In this document: positions 62,694 to 64,000 of the stretch, piece after piece | Layout: every line of letters starts with the position of its first letter | Position numbering within the stretch: the stretch's first letter is position 1 | Assembly: GCA_035549275.1 (NCBI GenBank) | Contig: DASZRH010000030.1 | Span: 1,912-65,911 of the forward strand | DNA length: 64,000 bases | From: Minisyncoccota bacterium | GTDB lineage: Bacteria > Patescibacteriota > Minisyncoccia > 2-02-FULL-40-12 > GWA2-44-9 | Direction of reading: 5' to 3' | Position numbers and translations under genes: made by a program | Notes under the pieces: model-generated | Told to the model about the DNA's origin: nothing | The model's input: only the letters and a program-made list of their open reading frames with translations | Databases searched by the model: none

Positions 62694-62739
62694 GAATCCA
62701 ATCAAAAATTCCGCTATGCGGAATTTTTGATTGGATTCT
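62693..62739. terminator. Perfect palindrome (22-bp arms, TAT loop)
   Basis: AGAATCCAATCAAAAATTCCGC-TAT-GCGGAATTTTTGATTGGATTCT. Confidence 0.8.
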
Positions 62740-62800
62740 CCCCCAGCATACTTGCTCTTGTCTGTGTTAGTGATATAAAAAGATCAGCAGCGTTAACAAT

Positions 62801-63484
62801 ATGACCAAGAGCGCCGCATATCGATTGTGTTTGGAAACGATCGACAGTTTTGCGGTTGCCGTCGCTCAAAAGATCGTCGGCGGTACGCCGCTTCATCATA
62901 GTCATTTCAACGGAGATTTAGATAACGATGGAGTATATTTTGAGGTCAAAGCATCGGGTCTTTCCAGCGGACCCATCATTGAAGAAACCCAGCTCCTTCG
63001 CTATTTCGAACAGACGGATCATGAGTGCTACTATCTGTTCATCTGTTATGTGAATCGCGGTGCGTGGCGCGGTAAACGCCGCAACCTGCCGCTTCGAATC
63101 ATACGATCAGCAGGTGAATCGGGACTGAAGAAGTTTTTGGCTGAGAATATTCGCGCCGTCTATCTAATTCCGATTTCCGTTATCCAGGCGATATATGAAA
63201 AAGAAAGAATGGTTGGCCGGGTAAAAACCCACGCCATGAAAACCGGGCCGAAGACATATTTCCGACTGCGGTATCCTGACTTGCGGCTGATTCTGGCGCC
63301 GGGTGGCCTTGAAAAATTTGGTTTGACTATGTCGGACTTCGTTTTCGATACTCGATCAGTAACTAAGCGGATTGAGCGGTTTAAAATTCGGTTCGAATTC
63401 TACCGGATTACGAGCCGAGCTGTTGCTGAAGATAGTTCATTTGATATTGCCGAATTTGAACGCGGCGCCGCAGGCGCCGCGTAA
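62801..63484 (+). CDS. Putative PD-(D/E)xK restriction-endonuclease-like protein
   Basis: GDL...YFEVKAS...QLLRY pattern. Confidence 0.55.
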   Translation: MTKSAAYRLCLETIDSFAVAVAQKIVGGTPLHHSHFNGDLDNDGVYFEVKASGLSSGPIIEETQLLRYFEQTDHECYYLFICYVNRGAWRGKRRNLPLRIIRSAGESGLKKFLAENIRAVYLIPISVIQAIYEKERMVGRVKTHAMKTGPKTYFRLRYPDLRLILAPGGLEKFGLTMSDFVFDTRSVTKRIERFKIRFEFYRITSRAVAEDSSFDIAEFERGAAGAA

Positions 63485-63507
63485 CAGCCGCGCTTTGCGC
63501 GGCTGTT
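63483..63507. terminator. Palindrome (11-bp arms, TTT loop) between convergent genes
   Basis: AACAGCCGCGC-TTT-GCGCGGCTGTT. Confidence 0.7.
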
Positions 63508-64000
63508 TTACTTTTTCCCGTGGTATTTTTTGTGGACCTCGCGAAGCTGGGTATCGGTGACATGAGTGTAGATTTGAGTTGTGGTAACCGAGGAATGGCC
63601 CAGCATGGCTTGGACGGAGCGAATGTCGGCTCCATTGCGAAGCAAATCAGTGGCATAGGAATGTCGAAGCGTATGAGGGGATACTTTTTTGCCCATGATG
63701 CCAGCCCGCGTGGCATGTTTTTTGACGATGCGCTGAATGGTGCGAGGAGTAAGGCGTAAATCGGTATCCTTGGCATATGAGCCAGTTTTGGGAATACGGA
63801 TAAAAAGCGCCTCATCTGCGTCTTTTCGTTTTTCTAGGTAATCGCTGACGTGTTTTTTGGCTTCGTCGGAGATAAAGACAAGCCGGATTTTGCGCCCTTT
63901 TCCCAAAACCGACAGTTCCCCTCTTTTCAGATCAACCTTGTCGCGATTGAGCGAGCACAACTCCGAAACCCGCATGCCGGTGCTAAAGAGCATGCTCAAA
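63508..64000 (-). CDS. Xer-family tyrosine recombinase (C-terminal part; 5' end outside the window)
   Basis: TGMRVSEL, GKGRKIR, HTLRHSYAT, LGHSS.TTTQIYTHV. Confidence 0.93.
   Translation of the reverse strand, partial: LSMLFSTGMRVSELCSLNRDKVDLKRGELSVLGKGRKIRLVFISDEAKKHVSDYLEKRKDADEALFIRIPKTGSYAKDTDLRLTPRTIQRIVKKHATRAGIMGKKVSPHTLRHSYATDLLRNGADIRSVQAMLGHSSVTTTQIYTHVTDTQLREVHKKYHGKK

Noticed and set aside
62609-64000. Prophage or island integrated at tRNA-Leu via the tyrosine recombinase
   Set aside because: The recombinase C-terminus looks like housekeeping XerC/D (LGHSS.TTTQIYTHV) and no duplicated tRNA 3' end is visible; it cannot be fully excluded beyond the window edge.

Overview
A 64-kb chromosomal segment around the replication origin of a Patescibacteria/CPR bacterium, most likely Parcubacteria. 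The assignment is inferred from gene content: short IF-2, a CPR-type VirB4/PrgI cluster, a full type IV pilus locus, nusA without rimP and near-leaderless promoters. The window holds the dnaA-dnaN / rpmH-rnpA-yidD-yidC-jag origin block and housekeeping genes (ftsH, rluA-family, rplS, iscS, tig, nusA, ruvBC, tyrS, PBP1A, rsmA, pcrA, dut, cca, gatCA, ligA, infB, partial Xer). It also holds a nine-gene T4SS-like cluster, a type IV pilus/ComF locus, 16 tRNA genes and small low-GC insertions beside tRNAs. The most notable unexplained signals are: (1) a tRNA-Ser with the rare ACT anticodon, alongside tRNA-Ile(TAT) and tRNA-Arg(TCG); (2) two unannotated, highly structured intergenic RNA candidates at about 9035-9151 and 13708-13874; (3) eight perfect palindromes sharing a CGC-TWY-GCG apex; (4) an islet of small Sm-like-fold proteins after tRNA-Ala. 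All calls were made by eye; no database searches were run.
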